Assembly: GCA_029977705.1 (NCBI GenBank)
Contig: JAPOKJ010000011.1
Coordinates: forward strand, 3,014 to 67,013
Source: Burkholderiales bacterium
GTDB taxonomy: Bacteria; Pseudomonadota; Gammaproteobacteria; Burkholderiales; Burkholderiaceae_E
Direction: 5' to 3'
DNA: 64,000 nucleotides
The notes below the pieces were generated by a model, which made no database searches, was not told the origin of the DNA, and saw only the letters and a list, made by a program, of their open reading frames with translations. Made by a program: the position numbers and the translations under genes. This document shows, in pieces, positions 36,533 through 45,027 of this stretch (its first letter is position 1; each line of letters starts with the position of its first letter).

Positions 36533-38545
36533 TTACTGGCCACGAAGGAACAGCTTGTCGAGCTGCTCCATGCTCAGCGCGATCCAGGTGGGACGGCCAT
36601 GGTTGCACTGGTCGGCGGCGGCGGTGCGCTCCATGTCGCGCAGCAGGGCATTCATCTCGGCCAGCGTGAGCTGGCGATGCGCCCGCACCGCGGCATGGCA
36701 GGCCATCGAGGCCAGCAAGGCCTCCTGGCGGGCTTCGATCTTGCGGCTGTGGCCATAGTCGATCAGGTCGGCCAGGATGCCCTTGGCAAAGCGGCCCGGA
36801 TCGATGCGGCCCAGGCCGACCGGCACCGCGCGCAGGGCCAGGGTATTGGGCGAGAGCACATCGATGTCCAGGCCCAGTGCGAGCAGGTCGTCACGGCTCT
36901 CGCGCGCCGCCTCGACCTCGATCGGATCGGCCTTGAAGGTGACCGGGATCAGCAGGGGCTGAGAGGCGGTGGGGCCTTGCAGACGGGCGCTCTTGAAGCG
37001 TTCGTACATCACGCGCTCGTGGGCGGCATGCATGTCGACCAGGATCAGGCCGTCGGCATTTTGTGCCAGGATGTAGACGCCATGCACCTGGGCCAGGGCC
37101 ATGCCCAGGGGCAGCTCCGGCGGCGCTTGCACCGCGCCGCCCAGCGCGGCGGACACTTCAGCCTTGCTGCCGCTGACGACCGGCGCTTCTGTCTCGCTGC
37201 CGCTGGCCGCAGGGGCATAAAAGGCGAGGGCAGCGGCCGATTCGGCGGCGCTCAGCGGCGTGGCCGGATCGCGCAGGTCCAGGCGCATGGTGGGGCTGGC
37301 CTGCAGCGCGGGCGCCGTGTCGGGGACGGGCGCTCTGAAAGCGCCGGCCGATGGCGGCGCAGCCGTCGCCGCACCGGACCAGGCGCGGGCACGCTCGCCG
37401 AAGGGGTCGCTCCCGCGAGCCGGAGGCGGCGCGCTGTCGCGTGCGGCCGGGATCGCGTTGTCCTCATCGGAGGGCGAAGATGCAAACTGGCCGGCCCCCA
37501 GCCGCAGCGCATCCTTGACCGCGTGATACACCAGGCTGCGTACCGCTTGCGGATCCCGAAAGCGCACCTCGATCTTGGCCGGATGCACATTGGCATCGAC
37601 CAGATGGGGCTCGATGTCCAGGAACAGCACATAGGCCGGGTGACGGTCGCCATGCAGCACATCGGCATAGGCCTGCTTGATCGCAAAGCCGAGCAGGCGG
37701 TCGCGCACGAAGCGGCCATTCACGTAAAGGAACTGCCGGTCGGCGCGGCTGCGCGAGACGGTGGGTGCGCCGATGCGGCCACGCAGGCTGCACAAGGGCT
37801 GGCGGGCCTCGAGGGTGCGGCTGGCTTCGATGTAATCCTCCCCCAGGCCGAGCAGGGCGCGGCCGGCCCAGTCCTGGGCGGGCCATTTTTCCACCGGCTT
37901 GCCTTCAACCCAGGCGCGGAAGGCCACCTGCGGATGGGCCAGTGCCACACGCCGGAAAGCCTCCAGGCAATGGGCAGTCTCGGTGCCGGGGCTTTTCAGG
38001 AACTTGCGCCGGGCCGGGGTATCGGCATACAGGTCGAGCACCTCGATGCGGGTGCCTTGCGGGCCTTGGGCGGGCGCAGGGCTCGGATCGGCCAGTGCGC
38101 TGTCGATGCTCCAGGCGTGTTCGGCATCGGCGGTGCGCGTAGCCAGCCGTACCCGGGCCACCGAGGCGATCGACGCCAGCGCCTCGCCACGGAAGCCCAG
38201 ACTGGCCACGTTCTCGAGGTCGTTCAGGCTCGTGATCTTGCTGGTGGCGTGGCGTTGCAGCGCCAGCGGCAGCTCCTCGGGCGGGATGCCGCAGCCGTTG
38301 TCGCTGATCAGGATGCGCTTGACGCCGCCTTCTTCCAGGCGCAACTCGATATCGGTCGAACCGGCATCGACCGCGTTCTCGAGCAATTCCTTGACCACCG
38401 AGGCTGGCCGCTCGACCACCTCGCCGGCGGCGATCTGCGAGATCAGCCGGTCGGGCAGGGCGCGGATGACGCGGCGGCCCGCCGGTGCGGGGGCTGCCGG
38501 CCGGGCCGGGCTGTCGGCGGGGGCGGTTGGGGTGGGGGTGGTCAT
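36533..38545 (-). CDS. mutL: DNA mismatch repair endonuclease MutL
   Basis: IRALPDRLISQIAAGEVVERPASVVKELLENAVDAG is the GHKL N-terminus. It is followed by a long Pro/Ala-rich linker and a C-terminal dimerisation domain. Confidence 0.95.
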   Translation of the reverse strand: MTTPTPTAPADSPARPAAPAPAGRRVIRALPDRLISQIAAGEVVERPASVVKELLENAVDAGSTDIELRLEEGGVKRILISDNGCGIPPEELPLALQRHATSKITSLNDLENVASLGFRGEALASIASVARVRLATRTADAEHAWSIDSALADPSPAPAQGPQGTRIEVLDLYADTPARRKFLKSPGTETAHCLEAFRRVALAHPQVAFRAWVEGKPVEKWPAQDWAGRALLGLGEDYIEASRTLEARQPLCSLRGRIGAPTVSRSRADRQFLYVNGRFVRDRLLGFAIKQAYADVLHGDRHPAYVLFLDIEPHLVDANVHPAKIEVRFRDPQAVRSLVYHAVKDALRLGAGQFASSPSDEDNAIPAARDSAPPPARGSDPFGERARAWSGAATAAPPSAGAFRAPVPDTAPALQASPTMRLDLRDPATPLSAAESAAALAFYAPAASGSETEAPVVSGSKAEVSAALGGAVQAPPELPLGMALAQVHGVYILAQNADGLILVDMHAAHERVMYERFKSARLQGPTASQPLLIPVTFKADPIEVEAARESRDDLLALGLDIDVLSPNTLALRAVPVGLGRIDPGRFAKGILADLIDYGHSRKIEARQEALLASMACHAAVRAHRQLTLAEMNALLRDMERTAAADQCNHGRPTWIALSMEQLDKLFLRGQ

Positions 38546-38565
38546 GGACGTGGCGTGGAAGAGGG

Positions 38566-38589
38566 ATTATAGGGTGGGGCGGCTACAAT
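38566..38589. promoter_or_regulatory. Back-to-back -10 hexamers for mutL (minus TATAAT, 38571-38566) and dedA (plus TACAAT, 38584-38589)
   Basis: Consensus or near-consensus hexamers sit in the 52-bp divergent gap. TACAAT lies 8 nt before the dedA ATG. Confidence 0.4.
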
Positions 38590-38597
38590 CCCGCCCC

Positions 38598-39248
38598 ATG
38601 GACGCCGCCCAACTCATCGACATCTTCCTGCATCTGGACAAGCACCTGGCCAACGTGGTTGCCCAATACGGGGTGTGGGTGTATGCCCTCTTGTTCGCCA
38701 TCATCTTCATCGAGACGGGGGCGGTGGTCATGCCCTTTCTTCCCGGGGACTCGCTGCTCTTTGTCGCGGGCGCACTGGCCGGCATCGGCGCGATGAGCCT
38801 GCCGCTGCTGATGGTGCTGCTGACCGTGGCGGCCATCCTGGGCGATGCACTGAACTATTCGGTGGGGCGCTACTTCGGGCCGAAGGTGTTTCAGTGGGAG
38901 GACTCGCGGTTCTTCAACAAGGCGGCTTTCGATCGCACCCATGCCTTCTACGAAAGACATGGGCCGATCACCATCATCGTGGCCCGCTTCCTGCCTTTCG
39001 TGCGTACCTTCGCGCCCTTCGTGGGCGGCATGGCGCAGATGACCTATGGCCGCTTTGCGACCTACAACGTCGTCGGCGGTGTCCTGTGGGTGGTCAGTCT
39101 GACCGGGCTGGGTTATCTGATCGGCAACACCGAATGGGTCAAGGCGCACTTTTCCTGGGTGACGCTGGCGATGATCATCATTCCCGGCTTGCCGGCGGTG
39201 TACGAGGTGGGACGGGCCTTGCTCAAGCGCGGCAAGGCCAAAGCCTGA
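38598..39248 (+). CDS. DedA family membrane protein
   Basis: YGVWVYALLFAIIFIETGAVVMPFLPGDSLLF is the DedA/SNARE-associated signature. 216 aa. Confidence 0.85.
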   Translation: MDAAQLIDIFLHLDKHLANVVAQYGVWVYALLFAIIFIETGAVVMPFLPGDSLLFVAGALAGIGAMSLPLLMVLLTVAAILGDALNYSVGRYFGPKVFQWEDSRFFNKAAFDRTHAFYERHGPITIIVARFLPFVRTFAPFVGGMAQMTYGRFATYNVVGGVLWVVSLTGLGYLIGNTEWVKAHFSWVTLAMIIIPGLPAVYEVGRALLKRGKAKA

Positions 39249-39288
39249 GCTTGTCTGCCACCTGCGTCGGGCAGGTCTCAGTCCGGTA

Positions 39289-41175
39289 TCAGGCCTGTTT
39301 CAGCGCACCGGCCGGGCTGGCGCCCAGGGCCTCCCGCGCCCAGCCCACGATCGATCGCACCACCTCGCAGTGATCGAACGCCGTCCCGCAACACGCTGCC
39401 GCCACTGCCTTGTAGGCTGATCCCCTGTGTTGCATCTGCCGCGCCGCATGCACACTGGTCGCGGGCTGCGGCAGCGCATGCACCTGGCCGTCCATCACCG
39501 TGCCCCAGATCTGCAGGTCTTTCAGGCCTTCGATGCCGCCCTCGTGCGGATCGCTCTCGAGGATGGTGAAGTCGGCGCGCTTGCCGGCGACGATGCTGCC
39601 GATCTCGTGATCCATGCGCAGCGCATGGGCGGCATCGATGGTGATGCCGCGCAAGGCCTGCTCCAGGCTCAGGCGCTCGGCGGGCGAGACCACCTTGCCT
39701 GATTGGGTCTGGCGGGTGGCGGCGCACCAGGCCAGGAATAGCGGCTCGACCGGCGCCATCGGATAGTCGGAATGGAAGGACACCGGGATGCCGGCGCGGA
39801 CCATCGAGCCGGCGCGCACGATCTGCGCCGCCCGGTCGCCGCCCAGCCCGAGTACCGCGTAAGTGTCGGCCAGCGCATGGATGTAGTAGGGGTTCACGCT
39901 GGCCAGCATGCCCACGGCCGCCATGCGCCGCGTCTGCGCCGCCGCATGAAAGCCCAGGTGATGGGCGGTGAGCCGATGGTCCGGGCGCGGATGGCCCTTT
40001 TGTGCCGCTTCCAGCGCCTCGAGCAGGGCATCCATGCCGCCATCGCCATTGACATGCACATGGATCTGGTAGTCGGCGTCCCAGAAGGTCTTCAGACCGG
40101 CCGCCAGCACCTCGGGGGTCATCAGCCACTCGCCATGATGGCCATCGGCATAGCCGGGGCTGTTCAGCATCATCAGCTGCGAGAACATTGCGCCGTCGGC
40201 GAACAGCTTGATGGCCTTGGCAAACTTCACCTGGCGCGTCTCGCGCGCGAAGATCTGGTCGATGGCGGCCAGGCCCTTGTCCCACTCCACGGGCGTGGCC
40301 GGACCGCCGGTGGGCTTCTTCGCGGCCCGGTTGGAAAAGCTGCGCGCATCCATCACGTTGACGATGCGCAGCGGCAGGCCCGGATCCTCGATCTCGCGCT
40401 TGATCGCAGCCAGTTCGAACTCCGGATCGACACCCCCGAAGAGCTGATCGCCGATGGTGGTGATGCCGCCCTGCAGGCACAGCTGGCCGAGCATGGCCAG
40501 GCCCTTGTTGTACCACTGCGGGCGCAGGAAGTAGGGCATCATCTTGCGCATCGGGATGGTCTTGCCGGTCTCGAAAAAATGGCCCCGCTCGTAGTCCACC
40601 TGGGGATGCGCTCCGGTGGTGGTTTCACTCAGGCCGAGCTTTTCCATCGCCTTGGTGTTCACGAACACCTCGTGATAGGAACGGTGCATCACATAGAGCG
40701 GATGGTCGGGGCAGATCTCGTCCAGCTCCTGCCGACCCAGGCGGCCATGCACCAGGGGCTGATAGCCCCAGGTCACCAGCCATTCCTCACGGCCGCCCTC
40801 GGCCTGCACCCATTCCGCCAGGCGCGCCCGGTACTCGCGCGGGGTGCGTGCGGCCTTGGCCACACCGCCATCGGGGCGACGCCAGTCCTCGGGGGCGATG
40901 ATCTGCGAGGGCAGCAGCATCGCGCCCAGGAAAGGGTGCACATGGTTCTCGATCAGGCCGGGCAGGATCACCTTGTCCTTGAAGCGCGGGTCCACAGTCA
41001 CCTTGCGACCCTCCTGCCAGACCTGCATCGACTCCGGCGTGCCCACGGCGACGATGCGATCGCCGATGACGCCGACGGCCGTGGCCTCGGGCAGCGATTC
41101 GTCCATGGTGATGATGCGCCGCGCCGTGTAGATGGTGAGCGGGGCGTCGCGGGGGATGGGGGCGTGGGCGCTCAT
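39289..41175 (-). CDS. Amidohydrolase-3 (YtcJ-like) metal-dependent hydrolase
   Basis: PGLIENHVHP metal-binding motif, HVHVNGD, SFHSDYP, and AGKRADFTIL near the C-terminus. The start is set at MSAHAP (ATG 41175). Confidence 0.83.
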   Translation of the reverse strand: MSAHAPIPRDAPLTIYTARRIITMDESLPEATAVGVIGDRIVAVGTPESMQVWQEGRKVTVDPRFKDKVILPGLIENHVHPFLGAMLLPSQIIAPEDWRRPDGGVAKAARTPREYRARLAEWVQAEGGREEWLVTWGYQPLVHGRLGRQELDEICPDHPLYVMHRSYHEVFVNTKAMEKLGLSETTTGAHPQVDYERGHFFETGKTIPMRKMMPYFLRPQWYNKGLAMLGQLCLQGGITTIGDQLFGGVDPEFELAAIKREIEDPGLPLRIVNVMDARSFSNRAAKKPTGGPATPVEWDKGLAAIDQIFARETRQVKFAKAIKLFADGAMFSQLMMLNSPGYADGHHGEWLMTPEVLAAGLKTFWDADYQIHVHVNGDGGMDALLEALEAAQKGHPRPDHRLTAHHLGFHAAAQTRRMAAVGMLASVNPYYIHALADTYAVLGLGGDRAAQIVRAGSMVRAGIPVSFHSDYPMAPVEPLFLAWCAATRQTQSGKVVSPAERLSLEQALRGITIDAAHALRMDHEIGSIVAGKRADFTILESDPHEGGIEGLKDLQIWGTVMDGQVHALPQPATSVHAARQMQHRGSAYKAVAAACCGTAFDHCEVVRSIVGWAREALGASPAGALKQA

Positions 41176-41255
41176 GGGGCTGTCCTTGTCTGACGGGGGA
41201 TCGTGTGCGGATGCGCAGCCCTCAAGTCGGGCCCGCATGTGCCGATATAAAAGCG

Positions 41256-41990
41256 ATGAAGCTGAATCGGCGCAATCATTACCGTGTCCTTCATGTGCAG
41301 CCGGAAGCGCCCTTTGAGGTGATCCGGGCCAGTTACCGCACCTTGATGGGAACCTTGAAGATGCATCCCGACCTGGGCGGTGACCATGCAACCGCGGCGT
41401 TGATCAACGCGGCATGGGACGTGCTCAGTGATCCGGCGCGTCGGGCCGCCTATGACCGTTCCCTGCGCGTGGCGGCGATGCGCGCCAGCGCCGGCAGCCC
41501 TGCCGGAAAGGCTCCGGCGGGGCCGCAGGCCTTCCAGACCAGGCCCGCACCCCGGGCGGGGGACGGCGCGGGCCTGGCCTGCCCGTTCTGTGGCCTGGGC
41601 TTGCAGGGGGCGATGGCGGCCCAGATCCGCTGCAGGCAATGCCAGAGCCCGCTCGGCCTGGCACCCCAGCCGGTGCCGACGGCCCGCGAATTGCTGGGCC
41701 GGCGCAAGGCGACCCGCTACGACAAGGTCCAGCCCCTGACGGTCTATCCCGCCTGGCAGGGCGGTCCGGTGCCAGCGCGCCTGCGAGACTTGTCGCTGAC
41801 CGGCGCCCGCTTCGATCTGGCCTGCAGCGTGCAGCCAGGGCAGGTGCTTCGCCTGATCAACCAGGACTTCGAGGCCCTGGTGCAGGTGGTCTCGGTGAGG
41901 CGTCAGGGGGAGCAATGGCTGGTCGGCTCGAGGCTTGCTTCGGCGTTCTTTCCGAAGAAGAAGGGAGTGTTCGTTTCCGAGCATGCCTGA
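41256..41990 (+). CDS. J-domain / zinc-ribbon / PilZ-domain fusion protein
   Basis: J domain with HPD (NHYRVLHV...LKMHPDLGGD...AYDRSL). CPFC-x13-CRQC zinc ribbon. PilZ motifs RRKATR (RxxxR) and DLSLTG (DxSxxG) lie 24 residues apart. Confidence 0.8.
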   Translation: MKLNRRNHYRVLHVQPEAPFEVIRASYRTLMGTLKMHPDLGGDHATAALINAAWDVLSDPARRAAYDRSLRVAAMRASAGSPAGKAPAGPQAFQTRPAPRAGDGAGLACPFCGLGLQGAMAAQIRCRQCQSPLGLAPQPVPTARELLGRRKATRYDKVQPLTVYPAWQGGPVPARLRDLSLTGARFDLACSVQPGQVLRLINQDFEALVQVVSVRRQGEQWLVGSRLASAFFPKKKGVFVSEHA

Positions 41991-42006
41991 GCGCGGTGCG
42001 CGGGAA

Positions 42007-42519
42007 TCAATCCCGGCTGCCGCCCTGCGCCGCAAAGCCGCGATCAACCCAGGCCTGGGCACTGCTGCGGTTCAACTTGAAGTCCGGCGCCACCCTGATT
42101 CGGGCGATCAGCAGGCCCTCGTCGTCATGTGCGCTCAGTTGCGCGCGCGGCTGGTCGGGGTCCGGGTCGATGTCCAGCGCGACGGTGATCCTGCCTTGCA
42201 GTGCCGCGACGCTGATCGACTGATGCAGGCTCGCCTGCAGTTGCTGCTCGCTGCGCCGAATGAACTCCGAGGCCGTCTTCACCAGCGTGATGAAGGCATT
42301 GCCGTCGAGCGGTTTCGGGTTCTTCTTGTCGCGACCCATCGTCCAGGGGCCGATCAGGGCGGGCTCGCTTGTCCCATCCAGGTACATCGCCACCGCCCAA
42401 CCTTCGTCGTCTTCATTTTTGATGACGCGGGCCGTCCAGCCCTTGGCCTTCCACAGGCGCGGCTCGTGAATCTCGTCCACTTCGTCCTGGGGGCTGTCGA
42501 TCACTGGGTCGGAGGGCAT
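42007..42519 (-). CDS. Hypothetical protein (170 aa, acidic N-terminus)
   Basis: ORF with coding-like composition, downstream of and in the same orientation as the dehydrogenase gene. No motif recognised. Confidence 0.55.
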   Translation of the reverse strand: MPSDPVIDSPQDEVDEIHEPRLWKAKGWTARVIKNEDDEGWAVAMYLDGTSEPALIGPWTMGRDKKNPKPLDGNAFITLVKTASEFIRRSEQQLQASLHQSISVAALQGRITVALDIDPDPDQPRAQLSAHDDEGLLIARIRVAPDFKLNRSSAQAWVDRGFAAQGGSRD

Positions 42520-42576
42520 GGTCTTGAGGGGTCAGGTGGGGGTGCGGCATTGTAGGGGGCAGGCAGGCCATGCCCG

Positions 42577-45027
42577 TCAAGACTGGATGCGCACCCCTTT
42601 GGGATCATAGTGGGGGCCCAGCTGTGCCCGCGCAGGCAGGCGTGTGCCGGCCACCTCGATCTCGATGCGTGCAGCCTGCAGGCGCTCGTTGCTGATCGGC
42701 TCTTCGAGCCGCACATAACCCATGCCCAGCGAGGCCTGCAGGCGATGGCCATACATGCCCGAGGTGGTCATGCCGACCATCTGGTCGTCCAGGTAGATCG
42801 GCTCGTCGTGGTAGAGCAGGGCCTGGTCGTCTTCCAGGCGCAATTGCAGCAGTCGGCGACGCGGCGGCCCCTGGTCACGCTGTCGTTTCAGGGCTTCCTC
42901 GCCAATGAAGCCGCCTGCTTTGTCCCAGGCGACGGTAAAGCCCAGGCCGGCCTCGAGCGGGGTATCTTCCGGACCGATGTCGTGACCCCAATGGCGGTAG
43001 CCCTTCTCGACGCGGCAGGCATTCATCGCATGAAAGCCGGCATGACTGAGGCCCAGGGCCTCGCCCGCCTCGCGCAGCCGTCCGTACACATGCAGCGCCT
43101 GGTCACTGGGGATGTACAGCTCCCAGCCCAACTCGCCCACGTAGGTGAGTCGGCTGGCACGCACGATCGCATAGCCGATCTCGATCTCGACGGAGCGGCC
43201 AAACGGGCAGTGCGTGTTGTCGAGCACGGTGCCACTGACCTGTCGCAACAGTTCGCGCGATTGCGGTCCCATCAGGCCGATCAGGGCCATGCCGGCGGTG
43301 ATGTCGGTCACCGTGCAAAAGGCCTCGCTGGGGATGTGACGCCGCAGCCAGGACAGGTCGCGCTGGTGGCTGCCGACGGCACTGACGACCAGGAACTGGT
43401 CGGGTGCCAGCCGCGTGATGGTCAGATCGGCCTCGATGCCGCCACGGGCATTGAGCCACTGCGTGTAGACGATGCGTCCGATCGGCACATCCATCTGGGC
43501 ACAGCTGATGCGGTTGAGCACGGCGCAGGCATCGCGTCCCTGCACCAGATATTTCGGATAAGAACTCTGGTCGTACAAGGCTACCGCATCGCGGGTAGCG
43601 CGGCATTCCCCGGCGCAGGCCTCGAACCAGTTCTGCCGGCCATAGCTGTAGTCATACGCCGGTGATGAGCCCGGTGCGCCGTACCAGTTGGCACGTTCCC
43701 AACCGCCGTACTCGCCCATGCAGGCGCCAGCCGCCAGCAGCGGCGCGTGCAGCGGCGAATGGCGGGCCTGACGGGCGGTCTCCACCTGGCGAAAGGGCCA
43801 GTGCATGGCGTACAGCAAGCCCAGGCTCTCGGTGGTGCGATCGCGCAGGTACTGGCGCGTGCCCTGCATCGGCTGCAGTCGGCGCACGTCGATGTCGGCC
43901 AGATCCATGGGGGCGAGCCGGTCGCGGATCCACTGTGCCAGCACCTTGCCGGCGCCGCCCGAACTCTGGATGCCGATGGAGTTGAAGCCGCAGGCCACGA
44001 ACAGGTCACGCAGCTCAGCGGTCTCGCCCAGCAGGTAGCGGTCATCCGGCGTGAAGCTTTCCGGGCCATTGAACCAGGTGGCGATGCCGGTACGCTCGAG
44101 CACCGGCACCCGGTGCATGGCCAGCTCCAGCACCGGCATGAAGTGATCCATGTCGTTGGGCAGGGCATCGAAGCAGAAGTCCTTGGGAATGCCCGCCATG
44201 CCCCAGGGTTTGGCGACTGGTTCGAAGGCGCCGACCAGCAGCTTGCCGGCGTCTTCCTTGTAGTACGCGTATTCGTCCGGCACGCGCAGCACCGGCAGCT
44301 CGCGCGGCAGGTCGGCGATCAGCTCGGTGACCACGTAAAAGTGCTCGGCCGCCTGCAGCGGCAGCCGGATGCCGACGCCGCGGGCCAGCTCGTGCGACCA
44401 CATGCCGGCGGCCAGCACCACGGTGCCGGCGCGGATCTGGTGTTCGCCCACCTGCACGCCAAAGGCGCGGCCGTTCTCACTGAGCAGGCGATCGACCTCG
44501 ACGCCTTCCAGGATGCGCACGCCGCGCTGGCGCGCGGCCTTGGCATAGGCCTGGGTGGTGTCGACCGGATTGGTCTGCCCGTCTTTGGGCAGCCACATGC
44601 CACCGGCCACGTCATCGGTGCGCAACAGCGGATAGCGCTGCCTCAGGTCCGAGGGCGTGAGCATCTCGACCTCGATGCCAAAGCCCTTGGCCATCGAGGC
44701 ATTGCGGCGGAACTCCTCCAGGCGTTCGGCCGTCTTGGCCACGCCGATCGAGCCGTTCTGCTTGTAGCCGGTGGCCTGGCCGGTTTCCTTCTCGAGCGTG
44801 CGCAGCAGCTCGGAGGTGTACTTGGCCAGTTCGGTCAGGTTGCGGGTGGCGCGCAACTGCGGCACCAGGCCGGCGGCGTGCCAGGTGGTGCCACAGGTGA
44901 GTTGGCGGCGCTCGAGCAGCCAGACATCGGTGATCCCCAGCGCGGCCAGGTGATAGGCGATCGAGCAGCCGATGATGCCGCCGCCGACGATCACCACGTC
45001 ACAGCGGTCGGGAAGATTGCCTTGCAT
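42577..45027 (-). CDS. FAD-dependent dimethylglycine/sarcosine dehydrogenase-like oxidoreductase with C-terminal GcvT (folate-binding aminomethyltransferase) domain
   Basis: VVIVGGGIIGCSIAYHLA dinucleotide fold and TCGTTWHAAGL. The 816-aa length and C-terminal GcvT-like region match the family. Confidence 0.88.
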   Translation of the reverse strand: MQGNLPDRCDVVIVGGGIIGCSIAYHLAALGITDVWLLERRQLTCGTTWHAAGLVPQLRATRNLTELAKYTSELLRTLEKETGQATGYKQNGSIGVAKTAERLEEFRRNASMAKGFGIEVEMLTPSDLRQRYPLLRTDDVAGGMWLPKDGQTNPVDTTQAYAKAARQRGVRILEGVEVDRLLSENGRAFGVQVGEHQIRAGTVVLAAGMWSHELARGVGIRLPLQAAEHFYVVTELIADLPRELPVLRVPDEYAYYKEDAGKLLVGAFEPVAKPWGMAGIPKDFCFDALPNDMDHFMPVLELAMHRVPVLERTGIATWFNGPESFTPDDRYLLGETAELRDLFVACGFNSIGIQSSGGAGKVLAQWIRDRLAPMDLADIDVRRLQPMQGTRQYLRDRTTESLGLLYAMHWPFRQVETARQARHSPLHAPLLAAGACMGEYGGWERANWYGAPGSSPAYDYSYGRQNWFEACAGECRATRDAVALYDQSSYPKYLVQGRDACAVLNRISCAQMDVPIGRIVYTQWLNARGGIEADLTITRLAPDQFLVVSAVGSHQRDLSWLRRHIPSEAFCTVTDITAGMALIGLMGPQSRELLRQVSGTVLDNTHCPFGRSVEIEIGYAIVRASRLTYVGELGWELYIPSDQALHVYGRLREAGEALGLSHAGFHAMNACRVEKGYRHWGHDIGPEDTPLEAGLGFTVAWDKAGGFIGEEALKRQRDQGPPRRRLLQLRLEDDQALLYHDEPIYLDDQMVGMTTSGMYGHRLQASLGMGYVRLEEPISNERLQAARIEIEVAGTRLPARAQLGPHYDPKGVRIQS

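Noticed and set aside
35930-38572. An 880-aa plus-strand ORF. Similar long antisense ORFs occur at 43747-46644, 25372-27480, 28883-30799, 23375-25501 and 22072-23793.
   Set aside because: Each lies opposite a gene with strong motifs (mutL, the DMGDH-like gene and binding protein, tamA, tamB, perM/purM, hda). Their translations are Arg/Ala/Gly/Gln-rich with no recognisable domains. They are a GC-content artefact.
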